Notes under the pieces: generated by a model
Seen by the model: only the letters and a program-made list of their open reading frames with translations
What the model was told of the DNA's origin: nothing
Databases searched by the model: none
Part shown: in pieces, positions 40,976 through 49,688 of the stretch
How positions within the stretch are numbered: position 1 is the stretch's first letter
Layout: every line of letters begins with the position of its first letter
Assembly (NCBI GenBank): GCA_040757475.1
Contig: JBFLWW010000001.1
Span: forward strand, 55,769 to 119,768
Source: Nitrospirota bacterium
GTDB taxonomy: Bacteria; Nitrospirota; Thermodesulfovibrionia; Thermodesulfovibrionales; SM23-35
DNA: 64,000 nt
Reading direction: 5' to 3'
Position numbers and translations under genes: made by a program

Positions 40976-43177
40976 CTATCCCTTATACGGATTAGGGCCG
41001 AATTCCTCCAATTTTTTCATGAAGTTATTTAATATATCTGGTATTTTGTAATACTCAGAGATAGATATCTGTTCCATCTGAACCCTTCCGGACTCAAGCC
41101 TTAATCTGTCCAGTGTTTCTGCAACCTTTGACAATCTTATCTTAGCCAGGTGGCTTCCTGTGGCCATATGACACTGATAATCCTCACCGTATTGACATCC
41201 CAGAATAAGTATCCCATCAACTCCTTTTGAGAGTGCATCTGCTATCCATACAAGGTTCATTGAGCCCGCGCATCTTAAGGGGATTACCCTTACAAAGGAA
41301 TTATATTGTAGGCGATTTATTCCTGCCATGTCCAGTGCTGGATATGCATCATTTTCGCAGGCAAAAACAATAGCCCTCGGCTTCTCATCCTCTTCAGGAG
41401 GAACCTCTATGTTCTTGACCATTGTTCCTATCATGTCAACAGAGTAATTCTTAAAGCTGATAATCCTTTCAGGACATGCACCAAGACAGATTGCGCATCT
41501 TCTGCAGCGAGTCGGATTATAAAGAGGATTGGCCTTTTCATCTTCATTGATAGCTCCGAAGGGACACTCTTCTGTACATCTCTTACACTGGGTACATTTT
41601 TGCATAAAGAAATCTGCATAGGATATATCTCCAGCCCTTGGATGTACTGCCTCACCCCTACCTGTCATTTCAATACACTGGATTGCCTTAAGGGCTGCCC
41701 CTGTGGCATCCTCTATGGTAGAAGGTATATCCATAGGTGCTCTTACAGAACCAGCAGCATAAATGCCGGTTCTCCGGGTTTCATAGGGGAAACAGATGAA
41801 GTTGGAGTCAGGATATCCATTGATTAAAACAGGCACCTCACCACCCTGCCTGTACCCAAGGTTTAAAATATCTGTTTCAATCATAACATATGGAATGAAC
41901 TCATCCCCTGGTTTTACCCCTGGTGGAAGCTCCTCTTCACCTAATGCAGTTACTGGAACTATCCCTGTTGCTAGAACAGCAAGGTCAACATTCACCTTTA
42001 TCTTTTCACCTATCAGGGTATTTTCTATATCTATATTGAGGTTCTTGTTTTCATCCTCTGTGATGCCTTTAACATCTCCTTTCGTCAAGAAAATCCCTGC
42101 ATCATTCTGGATGCCCTTGTAAAAATATTCATAATGACCGGGTGTTCTCATGTCCCTATAGAATATATATACCTTTGAATCAGGATACTGGTCCCTTATA
42201 TATTTTGCCTGTTTGAGAGACTCTATACAGCAGGTCGCTGAACAGTAAGGTAAATAATTCTCATCCCTCTGACCTGCGCACAGAACAAAGGCCACGCTTT
42301 TAACTGGTTTACTATCAGAGGGTCTTACAATCGCTCCCTTTGAGGCAAGCTCTTCCATCATGTAGTTTGTTACCACATTCGGATATTTGCCAAACCCAAG
42401 GTGCTCTATCTTTGTAGCATCATAAGGTATGGTACCAGCAGCCATAACTACTGCCCCAGCCCTAAAGCTCTCAACCTTTCCATCTTGTCTTACTACGACA
42501 TCATATACGCCAGGTCCACCTTCTATCTTCTCTATCATTGAAGAGGTATAAATCTTAACCTTTTGGTTCTGTTGAATCTCTTTAATTAAGTCTTTGATGA
42601 GTGGTTCTTCAAGGTCAGTATAGGGAGGTTCTGTAGGTGCCTGTTTATAAAGTTTTGCCATCCATCCGCCAAGAGAATCATTCTTTTCTACAAGGAAGAC
42701 ATCATATCCTGCCTTTGCTGCTTCATTAGCAGCAGTAATCCCAGCAAGACCACCTCCAACAATTAGTACATTTTTAGAGAGATTCTCTACCTTATAAGGT
42801 TCTGGTGCCTCCATCTTCTGCATCTTGAGGATACCCATCCTTACATAGTCTTCAGCCATCATCTGGGTGTCCTCGTTATTCGGTGGGTGGGTCCAGACAA
42901 CCCCTTCCCTGAGGTTAACCCTTTCCACAAGAGGAATGCCTAAATTGAAGACATCATAATTTACACGAGGCGAGCAGGCAGCAATAACAACTGCGTTAAC
43001 TCCTTCAGTAGCCATATCATTTTTAATGAAATCCATACCTTCCTTCTGACACAAGGCTGGATGGGTTTTGACAACGGGGGCCTTTGTTTTAGTTGCAACC
43101 TTTACTAAACTATCTATATTAAGGGATTTTCCTATCTCACAATCACTACAAATATAAACTCCTATTTTTTTCTCCAT
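40976..43177 (-). CDS. qmoB: quinone-interacting membrane-bound oxidoreductase subunit B (HdrA-like flavoprotein with FeS and MvhD-like C-terminus)
   Basis: FAD fold VLIVGGGLAGITAA, clusters CTQCKRCTEECP and CRRCAICLGACP, and a C-terminal Cys-rich domain. Confidence 0.88.
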   Translation of the reverse strand: MEKKIGVYICSDCEIGKSLNIDSLVKVATKTKAPVVKTHPALCQKEGMDFIKNDMATEGVNAVVIAACSPRVNYDVFNLGIPLVERVNLREGVVWTHPPNNEDTQMMAEDYVRMGILKMQKMEAPEPYKVENLSKNVLIVGGGLAGITAANEAAKAGYDVFLVEKNDSLGGWMAKLYKQAPTEPPYTDLEEPLIKDLIKEIQQNQKVKIYTSSMIEKIEGGPGVYDVVVRQDGKVESFRAGAVVMAAGTIPYDATKIEHLGFGKYPNVVTNYMMEELASKGAIVRPSDSKPVKSVAFVLCAGQRDENYLPYCSATCCIESLKQAKYIRDQYPDSKVYIFYRDMRTPGHYEYFYKGIQNDAGIFLTKGDVKGITEDENKNLNIDIENTLIGEKIKVNVDLAVLATGIVPVTALGEEELPPGVKPGDEFIPYVMIETDILNLGYRQGGEVPVLINGYPDSNFICFPYETRRTGIYAAGSVRAPMDIPSTIEDATGAALKAIQCIEMTGRGEAVHPRAGDISYADFFMQKCTQCKRCTEECPFGAINEDEKANPLYNPTRCRRCAICLGACPERIISFKNYSVDMIGTMVKNIEVPPEEDEKPRAIVFACENDAYPALDMAGINRLQYNSFVRVIPLRCAGSMNLVWIADALSKGVDGILILGCQYGEDYQCHMATGSHLAKIRLSKVAETLDRLRLESGRVQMEQISISEYYKIPDILNNFMKKLEEFGPNPYKG

Positions 43178-43180
43178 GAT

Positions 43181-44446
43181 TTACCTCCTCACCAAAGATT
43201 GAATGGCTTTTAGTGCTGCAGCTGTACCTTCGCGTGCACTGGAATAGACATCAACTGGCTTTGTAACACAGCCAACGGCATACATCCCGGCTGTACCAGT
43301 ATTTGATAGAACAAAGCCATCTGTATCATAAGATATGCTTGTGGGTATCTTCCATTCCTTTGTGACAGGGGCCATACCTGTGGCAAGAACAGCGAGTTCT
43401 ACTTTCTCCTGAATCTTCTTACCTGCCTCTACATCCTCTGCCACCACAGTAAGGTCCTTTGTGTTAGGGTCTTCCTCAATCTTTGCAACCTTACCTTTAA
43501 TAAACTTTATATTTTCATCGCTCTGGACCTCTTTATAAAACTTTTCATATCTCGTTCCAGGCGAACGAATGTCAATATAAAATATAAATATCTGTGCCTG
43601 AGGATATTGCTCCCGCACATAGGTTGCCTGTTTCATAGATGCCAGGCAACAGATATAGGAACAGTATGAGAGATGATTTTCATCCCTTGAGCCAGCACAC
43701 TGGACAAATGCTACTCTTGAAACCTCTTTACCATCAGAGGGACGAAGTATTTTCCCTTTAGTAGGACCATTAAAAGATGCCATCCTTTCCATCATCATGT
43801 TAGTAATGACATTCTGATACTTCCCGAATCCAAGATTATCAATCTTTGCGGCGTCGTATGGATTCCAACCAGTAGCCCAGACTATAGAACCTGCTTTTAA
43901 GGGGATGCTTTGGGACTTCATATTAAGGTCAATAGCGTTATATGTGCAAGCCTCTACACATTTGGCACATTTTTCTTTAGTGCAATACTTCTCATCAATC
44001 ACGTATCTCAATGGGAAGGCAAATTCATGTGGAAGATAAATAGCCTTTGTCTTATCCATACCAAAATTGAATTCATTAGGCCTTTCAACAGGGCATGCCT
44101 CAACACAGGCATTGCAGGCAGTACACTTCTCATTAACATAGCTGGGATTAAGCTTTACTGTTACATCAAAGTCTCCCTCTGAACCAGAGATTTTTTCCAC
44201 TTCTGCTAGGGTGTAAAATTTGACCCTCGGGTTGTTTTTGATTCTCCTGAAATTTATCTCCAGACCGCAGTTTGGTGGACATAACTTTGGGAAATATTTA
44301 TTAAGCTGGGCCACACGACCACCGAGGTATGAATTCTTCTCAATAAGAGTAACCTCATACCCAACCTCGGCTGTTTCTACAGCGGTGGTTATCCCACTTA
44401 TTCCTCCACCTACAACCAATACATTTTTCGATTTCTCTACTGCCAT
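43181..44446 (-). CDS. qmoA: quinone-interacting membrane-bound oxidoreductase subunit A (HdrA-like flavoprotein)
   Basis: Motifs VLVVGGGISGITTA, CTACNACVEACP and CAKCVEAC. Only 3 nt separate it from qmoB. Confidence 0.88.
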   Translation of the reverse strand: MAVEKSKNVLVVGGGISGITTAVETAEVGYEVTLIEKNSYLGGRVAQLNKYFPKLCPPNCGLEINFRRIKNNPRVKFYTLAEVEKISGSEGDFDVTVKLNPSYVNEKCTACNACVEACPVERPNEFNFGMDKTKAIYLPHEFAFPLRYVIDEKYCTKEKCAKCVEACTYNAIDLNMKSQSIPLKAGSIVWATGWNPYDAAKIDNLGFGKYQNVITNMMMERMASFNGPTKGKILRPSDGKEVSRVAFVQCAGSRDENHLSYCSYICCLASMKQATYVREQYPQAQIFIFYIDIRSPGTRYEKFYKEVQSDENIKFIKGKVAKIEEDPNTKDLTVVAEDVEAGKKIQEKVELAVLATGMAPVTKEWKIPTSISYDTDGFVLSNTGTAGMYAVGCVTKPVDVYSSAREGTAAALKAIQSLVRR

Positions 44447-44531
44447 ACTATCCCTCCATAAATGTTTATATAGTTAAAGAATATATGAGAAATTTTGAGC
44501 ATTATTAAGGCGTCTGTTTTAAAGTGCTATT

Positions 44532-44561
44532 AGTTAACACAAAACAGTGTATATTTGTCAA
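44532..44561 (-). promoter_or_regulatory. candidate promoter for qmoABC
   Basis: The minus strand reads TTGACA-18 nt-TTAACT about 85 nt upstream of the qmoA ATG. The -10 is weak. Confidence 0.3.
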
Positions 44562-44616
44562 CCCCAAAATTTAAGTAACCTATTAGCTTTAATATTAACA
44601 TTAATAATATTTATAT

Positions 44617-45153
44617 TTAATCACATTCCGATTTAATTGCGTCAAATGCCAGAAAGATTCTCTTTTCCTTCTCAATCCTTCCTTCTGGTAGCTTTTTAAA
44701 TTCAATTTTCTTAAGGGTTTCTAATGCCTTGGGCTTTTGGGGTATTGCCTCTAAACCTGAGCTGATTACCTCACCAGAGATGGTATTCATAACTTCTGCA
44801 TCCTCTCCATTGGTTATAACAGCAAATGGTATTTGATAAATATCAAGAATCCTTGCACAAGCCAGAACCTCCCTTTCCCTCATGACCAATGAACTACGGG
44901 CACAGCTTATAAGCATGAATCTCTTTCCTTCAACACTTACAATAAGGTCAACCTTTGATCTATTTATTTCATTGTCCACAGCAATCTCGAATTTCGTATC
45001 AACCTCAATATCCTCTTTTGAATAACCTTTCTCTTCAACGAGAAAATGTTCTATTTTCTGCCTGATTCTTTCATCATCTGTATCAATGAATGCTTGCCCC
45101 GTTATAAAATCAGTGAGTGTATCCTCTCCCTTAATTTTACACTTCTCTACCAT
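44617..45153 (-). CDS. HsdR_N-like (type I restriction enzyme R-protein N-terminal domain fold) stand-alone protein
   Basis: 178 aa with pattern ..IRQKIEHFLVEEKGYSKEDIEV......V.......VDLIVSVEGKRFMLISCA.....MREREVLACARIL..IYQIPFAVITNG.. I recalled this family from memory and did not search for it. Confidence 0.5.
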   Translation of the reverse strand: MVEKCKIKGEDTLTDFITGQAFIDTDDERIRQKIEHFLVEEKGYSKEDIEVDTKFEIAVDNEINRSKVDLIVSVEGKRFMLISCARSSLVMREREVLACARILDIYQIPFAVITNGEDAEVMNTISGEVISSGLEAIPQKPKALETLKKIEFKKLPEGRIEKEKRIFLAFDAIKSECD

Positions 45154-45164
45154 CTAATACCCCT

Positions 45165-45947
45165 TTATGCGGGTTCTGGCCTTATTTTTAACTTCAATGT
45201 TTCCTCAAGCATCAGGATATATTTTAGATATTTAAAGCCAAACTTCATAAGTGCAGTCTCATCACCCTTTATCTCCTCAACATCTTCCTTATTGATATCA
45301 ATAACATCAAGGAACCTGCTCTCAAATATATATTTTCTAAATCTGTCTAAATCATAACTTGCCATGTAAATCAGGGGCTGTTTCTTCGGGTCAAGTTTGG
45401 GTTGCCCTATAGCATCCCTCCTCAACTGAATCTCCTTCCACTCCTTGTTCATCTCATCATAAATGTCAACTCCCTGGTCAATCCTCCATGTCTCAATAGT
45501 CCACTCTTTGTCTCCCTGATAGCCAAGGCAATTCGGTTCCCTGATAAAAAAGTAGAATTCCTCATTTACTGGCCCTTTCTCTGAGCCCTTTATCATGAGA
45601 CCTTGACCGACCGGATAATATCGGCAGTTAACAGGCCGGTCTTCATAAATACTACAGCCCTCAGGTGTTACAAAGGGACATCTCCCTTCAGCCTCATCCA
45701 TCATCTTGAGCACTGCATAAGGATGTGAGGACTTTTCATCAATATGAATAGAGGTGTATTTCTTAAGGAACTCTCCTGAAGAGATTCCCAACCTCTTTTT
45801 CATCCTTAAGATGTCATAAGGGGTAAGGAGTATGTCTGTAAGTCTACAGCATTTATTGAAACAACTGATACCTTTATGACACCTGAACTTGAATTTTGAA
45901 TTCAATGTGCGCTCAATTGGTTCTACAAACCTCATATTTTGTAACAT
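45165..45947 (-). CDS. YkgJ/UPF0153-family cysteine-cluster (CxxCxxCC-type) protein, paralog 1
   Basis: FKFRCHKGISCFNKCC..LTPYDILRM...CPFVTPEGCSIYEDRPVNCRYYP, plus a C-terminal extension of about 130 aa. Confidence 0.7.
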   Translation of the reverse strand: MLQNMRFVEPIERTLNSKFKFRCHKGISCFNKCCRLTDILLTPYDILRMKKRLGISSGEFLKKYTSIHIDEKSSHPYAVLKMMDEAEGRCPFVTPEGCSIYEDRPVNCRYYPVGQGLMIKGSEKGPVNEEFYFFIREPNCLGYQGDKEWTIETWRIDQGVDIYDEMNKEWKEIQLRRDAIGQPKLDPKKQPLIYMASYDLDRFRKYIFESRFLDVIDINKEDVEEIKGDETALMKFGFKYLKYILMLEETLKLKIRPEPA

Positions 45948-45950
45948 GGT

Positions 45951-46724
45951 TTAATCCTTCTTTCTTGAGTGTAAGAGCTTATCCATCTCCTTGTCTTTAA
46001 GTCTCATTGTATCTTCCGAGAAGAGATTGAATCTTATCCATCTATAACCAAAACTTAAGAGTTCTTCTTCATCTTCTTTTATCTTTTCGATAACCTCTTT
46101 CTTCACATCATATATACCAAAAAACCTTGTTTCGAAAAGAAATCTCCTGAACTCATTCAGGTCATAACAAGCCGTATGAAGCATCTTCGTTCTTCCTGAA
46201 TCCAGCTTATTCCCCTTCTGAAAATAATCATGGTGGGTAATCTCTTTATAAGATTCGTTCATTTTATCATAGATATCAATCCCTTGATTCTTCTTCCACT
46301 CCTGTATTGTCCATTGTTTCTCCTCTTTTAATCCAAGGCATGAGGGCTTTTCCTCTATCCAAAACTCTTCTTCTTTAGAGGAAACCGGGAATATGGGATA
46401 CATTCTGCAAGACCATGGCCTATCCTGGTAAATACTGCACCCATCAGGGGTAACGAAGGGACAGCTTTTTATTTCATCCTCCAACATCTTGAGTACCACC
46501 AGTGGTAATCCCTCCTCGCCCGAGAGTGCAATGGTATATCTCTTTAGGAATTCTCCGGAAGATATCCAGAGTGACTTTCTCATTCTCAGGACATCATAAG
46601 GTGTGAGAAAGATATTTACATCACAGCAGCAGGTGTTAAAACAGGAAAGACCTTTGTGACATGAGAATCTGAATTTGTCATTTAGAGAAAGCCTTCGTTG
46701 TTTTTCGGTATATTCTTCATTCAT
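45951..46724 (-). CDS. YkgJ/UPF0153-family cysteine-cluster (CxxCxxCC-type) protein, paralog 2
   Basis: FRFSCHKGLSCFNTCC..LTPYDVLRM...CPFVTPDGCSIYQDRPWSCRMYP. It is collinear with paralog 1 over its whole length. Confidence 0.7.
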   Translation of the reverse strand: MNEEYTEKQRRLSLNDKFRFSCHKGLSCFNTCCCDVNIFLTPYDVLRMRKSLWISSGEFLKRYTIALSGEEGLPLVVLKMLEDEIKSCPFVTPDGCSIYQDRPWSCRMYPIFPVSSKEEEFWIEEKPSCLGLKEEKQWTIQEWKKNQGIDIYDKMNESYKEITHHDYFQKGNKLDSGRTKMLHTACYDLNEFRRFLFETRFFGIYDVKKEVIEKIKEDEEELLSFGYRWIRFNLFSEDTMRLKDKEMDKLLHSRKKD

Positions 46725-46743
46725 AAACTATTCTCTAAAATTT

Positions 46744-46768
46744 TGGGGGCGACCTGAAAGGTCGCCCC
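46744..46768 (-). terminator. GC-rich hairpin (attenuator/processing candidate) between aprA and the downstream genes
   Basis: GGGGGCGACC-TGAAA-GGTCGCCCCC, a perfect 10-bp stem. On the minus strand it is followed by AAAATTTT, which is a poor T-tract. Confidence 0.45.
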
Positions 46769-46799
46769 CACATAGATACCTCTCAAGATACTGGCTCAA

Positions 46800-48725
46800 C
46801 TAAATGATAGGGATCATTGGCCTTGTTAATACCGTCCATTCCTTCTTATCCACATCATACTTCACATTTATAAAGTGCCTCTGACCCTCATCCAGTTTCA
46901 GGTAATCGTGCTTAAAGTAATATCCAGGCCATCTTGACTCCTTCCTCGCCAGCCTTGTCCTTGCACATGCCTCGGCAACCCAGTATCTGTGTATCGCCTC
47001 CCATGCCCTCATCAGCTCATGATTGTTCTTCTCAACATTAGTAGCAATCTTCTCTATATCCTCTCCGCAGAACCCTAACTTCCAGATGCCGGTCTCGAGC
47101 ATCTTGTCAGATGTCCCATACAATGTCTCCCATCCACCACAATATTCTCCCATTATCTTCTGTAGCCTGAATAGGAAATTGTGCGGGGAGATATAGTTAG
47201 GATTCACATCCGGGCTTGTTGTATATCCCTTCTTCTCCTCATAGAGGGCAACGGGTCTAAATACTATTTCCTTGAGTTTACTTATTGTGGCATCAGATAC
47301 TGTTGGCTTATAGTCCTTCTGGTCATTGGCGAACCTGACCACTGCCTTTGCTGCAATCCTTCCCTGTACATGTGAGCCGCTTGAGAACTTATGGGCACAT
47401 GCCCCTACACCACAACCTGCTGTGAATAGACCCATGACAGTGGTCATGCAGTTATACTGGGCAGGGAATGCATCCGCATATTCTTTTGGCATAAGGTCTT
47501 CAGCACCACAGGTCCAACAACCACAAGAGCAGGCATGTGAACCTATGAAGACAGAATCTGACAACTGAAGCTCCATAGGTTTTTCCATTGGGTCAATATT
47601 ATGGGCAGCCCAGTTTGTGGCACCTGCGATTGTCATGTCGAGGAAGTCCTCCCAGGCCTCGCTCTCATATTCTTTTATCTTCTTCTTCAGCTCCTTTGGA
47701 TCTGTTATCTCCTTCTGAAACCTTTCTACCACCCTCTCTGTGTGCATGAGGAATGGTGTTTTGCCTTCCTGTGCGCAGAGTATCATCTCATAGTTTCTAA
47801 TAGGAGTCGGACAGGGCTTCGCATGTGCATATGGTGCCCACTTGTCTGTCTGGGATGGATATCCACCAACGTAATCCCCGTCATAAGCATTTTTTGCAGG
47901 TGTCTTAAAGAGAAGGAAGAATGTTCCAACAGGACCGTAGGAATCTTTGAACCTCGGAGGGACGAAGGTACTGTCCATCTGTGTCAACTCACCACCTGCT
48001 AGAAGAGTAAGGGCATAAGTCGAACCTCCTAACCATGGTGGCATCCATGACCTTCCAAAGCCTTCAGCCTGAGACCTTGGCCTGAATACATGGACTGCAC
48101 CACCCATTATAGAAAGGACTACCTTTGCCTTAAAGACATAGAATTTGTCTTCCCTGACGCTAAAACCTACTGCACCGCATACCCTGTTAGGCTCTTTCTC
48201 ATCCTTCAAAAGGTGCGTGATATAGACCCTCTCGATTAACTGGCCCTTATCTCCAAGGGTACCTATAGCGTTCTTTGCTGCCTCTGCCACGATAATCTTG
48301 TAGCTCTCGCCTGATATCATCACCTGCCATTCACCTGATTTTCTCAGATTTCCTGCCTCATCCGTCCATATAGGAAGTCCCCATTTCTGAAAGAGTCTGA
48401 CGGTTCCATCCACATGTCTTGCAATATCATAGACGAGGTCCTGCCTTGCAAGGCCACACTGGTCATTCGTCACATATTCAACAAACCTTTCCGGCATGCG
48501 GGGATTCTCGGTCACCTTTCCATCCATTCCCATATATGTATTAATAGCAGAAAGTCCCATCGCAACAGGGCCACTTCTGTCAACAGCAGCCTTATCCACC
48601 CATGTTACTTTTAAACCCAGTGGCTTTGCCCAGTATGCAGCCTCTACTGCAGCACCACAGCCTGCCATTCCTCCACCGAGTATCAATATATCAGTATCAA
48701 TAACCTCTGTTGTAAATTCTTTCAT
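46800..48725 (-). CDS. aprA: adenylylsulfate (APS) reductase, alpha subunit
   Basis: 641 aa with the FAD fold DILILGGGMAGCGAA. Its length and sequence are characteristic of AprA, and it pairs with aprB. Confidence 0.95.
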   Translation of the reverse strand: MKEFTTEVIDTDILILGGGMAGCGAAVEAAYWAKPLGLKVTWVDKAAVDRSGPVAMGLSAINTYMGMDGKVTENPRMPERFVEYVTNDQCGLARQDLVYDIARHVDGTVRLFQKWGLPIWTDEAGNLRKSGEWQVMISGESYKIIVAEAAKNAIGTLGDKGQLIERVYITHLLKDEKEPNRVCGAVGFSVREDKFYVFKAKVVLSIMGGAVHVFRPRSQAEGFGRSWMPPWLGGSTYALTLLAGGELTQMDSTFVPPRFKDSYGPVGTFFLLFKTPAKNAYDGDYVGGYPSQTDKWAPYAHAKPCPTPIRNYEMILCAQEGKTPFLMHTERVVERFQKEITDPKELKKKIKEYESEAWEDFLDMTIAGATNWAAHNIDPMEKPMELQLSDSVFIGSHACSCGCWTCGAEDLMPKEYADAFPAQYNCMTTVMGLFTAGCGVGACAHKFSSGSHVQGRIAAKAVVRFANDQKDYKPTVSDATISKLKEIVFRPVALYEEKKGYTTSPDVNPNYISPHNFLFRLQKIMGEYCGGWETLYGTSDKMLETGIWKLGFCGEDIEKIATNVEKNNHELMRAWEAIHRYWVAEACARTRLARKESRWPGYYFKHDYLKLDEGQRHFINVKYDVDKKEWTVLTRPMIPII

Positions 48726-48737
48726 TTTCTCACCTCC

Positions 48738-49184
48738 TTATTTTTTCTTTGTCGGGAGTTCCTTCACTCCCATTATATCAGGCTCCCCAAGGAGCAACTG
48801 AGTGGTTAAATCCGCTGCCTTTGCTTCGGGATATCCCTCGAGCGCCTTTATAGAGCCTTCTGCAGTAGTCCTCGTTGCATACTTAAATCTCTTGATCCTT
48901 CCATCCCTGAATGTGATAGTCCACATGATATCCTCTGTTCCTCTCAAAGGAGTTGATGCAGCACCGAGGGGCATAAAGTCTTGATAACCCCTGACATCCA
49001 TAGCCTGCTGTGGACATATCTTTACACAACAGTAGCACTCCCAGCAATAACTAGGCTCCTGATTGTATGCCTTCATCCTCTCCTTATCCAGAAACATCAG
49101 GTCGTTAGGGCATATGTACATACAGGCAGTTTTATCCTGCCCCTTACAGCCGTCGCACTTTTCTGTCATTACAAAACTTGGCAT
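48738..49184 (-). CDS. aprB: adenylylsulfate reductase, beta subunit (2x[4Fe-4S])
   Basis: MPSFV..EKCDGCKG......CMYICPNDLM and CWECYCCVKICP, with the typical C-terminal tail. Confidence 0.93.
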   Translation of the reverse strand: MPSFVMTEKCDGCKGQDKTACMYICPNDLMFLDKERMKAYNQEPSYCWECYCCVKICPQQAMDVRGYQDFMPLGAASTPLRGTEDIMWTITFRDGRIKRFKYATRTTAEGSIKALEGYPEAKAADLTTQLLLGEPDIMGVKELPTKKK

Positions 49185-49203
49185 CTTAACACCTCCTTTT
49201 TAC

Positions 49204-49240
49204 AAAATTTTAAATTTTAAATTTTAAATTTTAAATTTTT
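49204..49240. repeat. (TAAATTT)x5 perfect-to-near-perfect tandem heptamer upstream of aprB
   Basis: AAAATTT TAAATTT TAAATTT TAAATTT TAAATTT, read directly. Confidence 0.9.
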
Positions 49241-49287
49241 AAGACCCCCACCTCCTTTCTTCTCAGGATTTCGCTTCTTTTTAGTCC

Positions 49288-49674
49288 TTATGCAGCCTTT
49301 TTTTGTAATCCAAGTGCTTCACTAATATCAATGTCAGGTACCGGTAATGCCTCTGACTCCTTTGCAGCGAGTTCCTTTATCTTAGGAAGATCTGCAAGGA
49401 CTGCATCAATTACCTCTTTACCGATAGACTTCATAGTCTTTATCTTTTCAAAGAGGGCCCTCTTGAAGGCAATAGGTGCTTCCTCTATGAAGAATCGGGC
49501 ATCTAACCTCGCACCCGGAAGCCCCTCAATTATCTTATTGGTCTGTTCGTCTGGCACCTCCATAATCAATGCCTTTATCGCTCCTCCGAACATATCCGTT
49601 ACCTTACCCTCAAGGGGCGAACCTTTGATATCAGAAAGCCTCTTTGCATCTAATAGCACAGCCAGGTAATTCAT
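49288..49674 (-). CDS. hypothetical acidic protein (128 aa, Cys-free) between sat and aprB
   Basis: The ATG lies 14 nt after the sat stop and follows AAGGGGGTGGAGA. The gene is co-oriented and I recognise no motif. A 112-aa antisense ORF also exists. Confidence 0.5.
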   Translation of the reverse strand: MNYLAVLLDAKRLSDIKGSPLEGKVTDMFGGAIKALIMEVPDEQTNKIIEGLPGARLDARFFIEEAPIAFKRALFEKIKTMKSIGKEVIDAVLADLPKIKELAAKESEALPVPDIDISEALGLQKKAA

Positions 49675-49688
49675 TCTCCACCCCCTTT

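Noticed and set aside
44617-45153. The HsdR_N-like gene as part of a type I restriction-modification or other defence system.
   Set aside because: There are no hsdM, hsdS or helicase/ATPase genes nearby. The protein is only the small N-terminal fold with a doubtful catalytic triad, and it sits inside a metabolic operon.
39701-48725. Recoding events (selenocysteine TGA or frameshifts) in the Hdr-like Qmo subunits or in AprA.
   Set aside because: All five ORFs are uninterrupted and of the expected lengths, with no in-frame TGA followed by a SECIS-like hairpin.
49204-49240. A CRISPR array interpretation of the many short tandem repeats.
   Set aside because: The units are 7-9 nt and contiguous, with no 25-40-nt repeats separated by unique spacers, and no cas genes are present.
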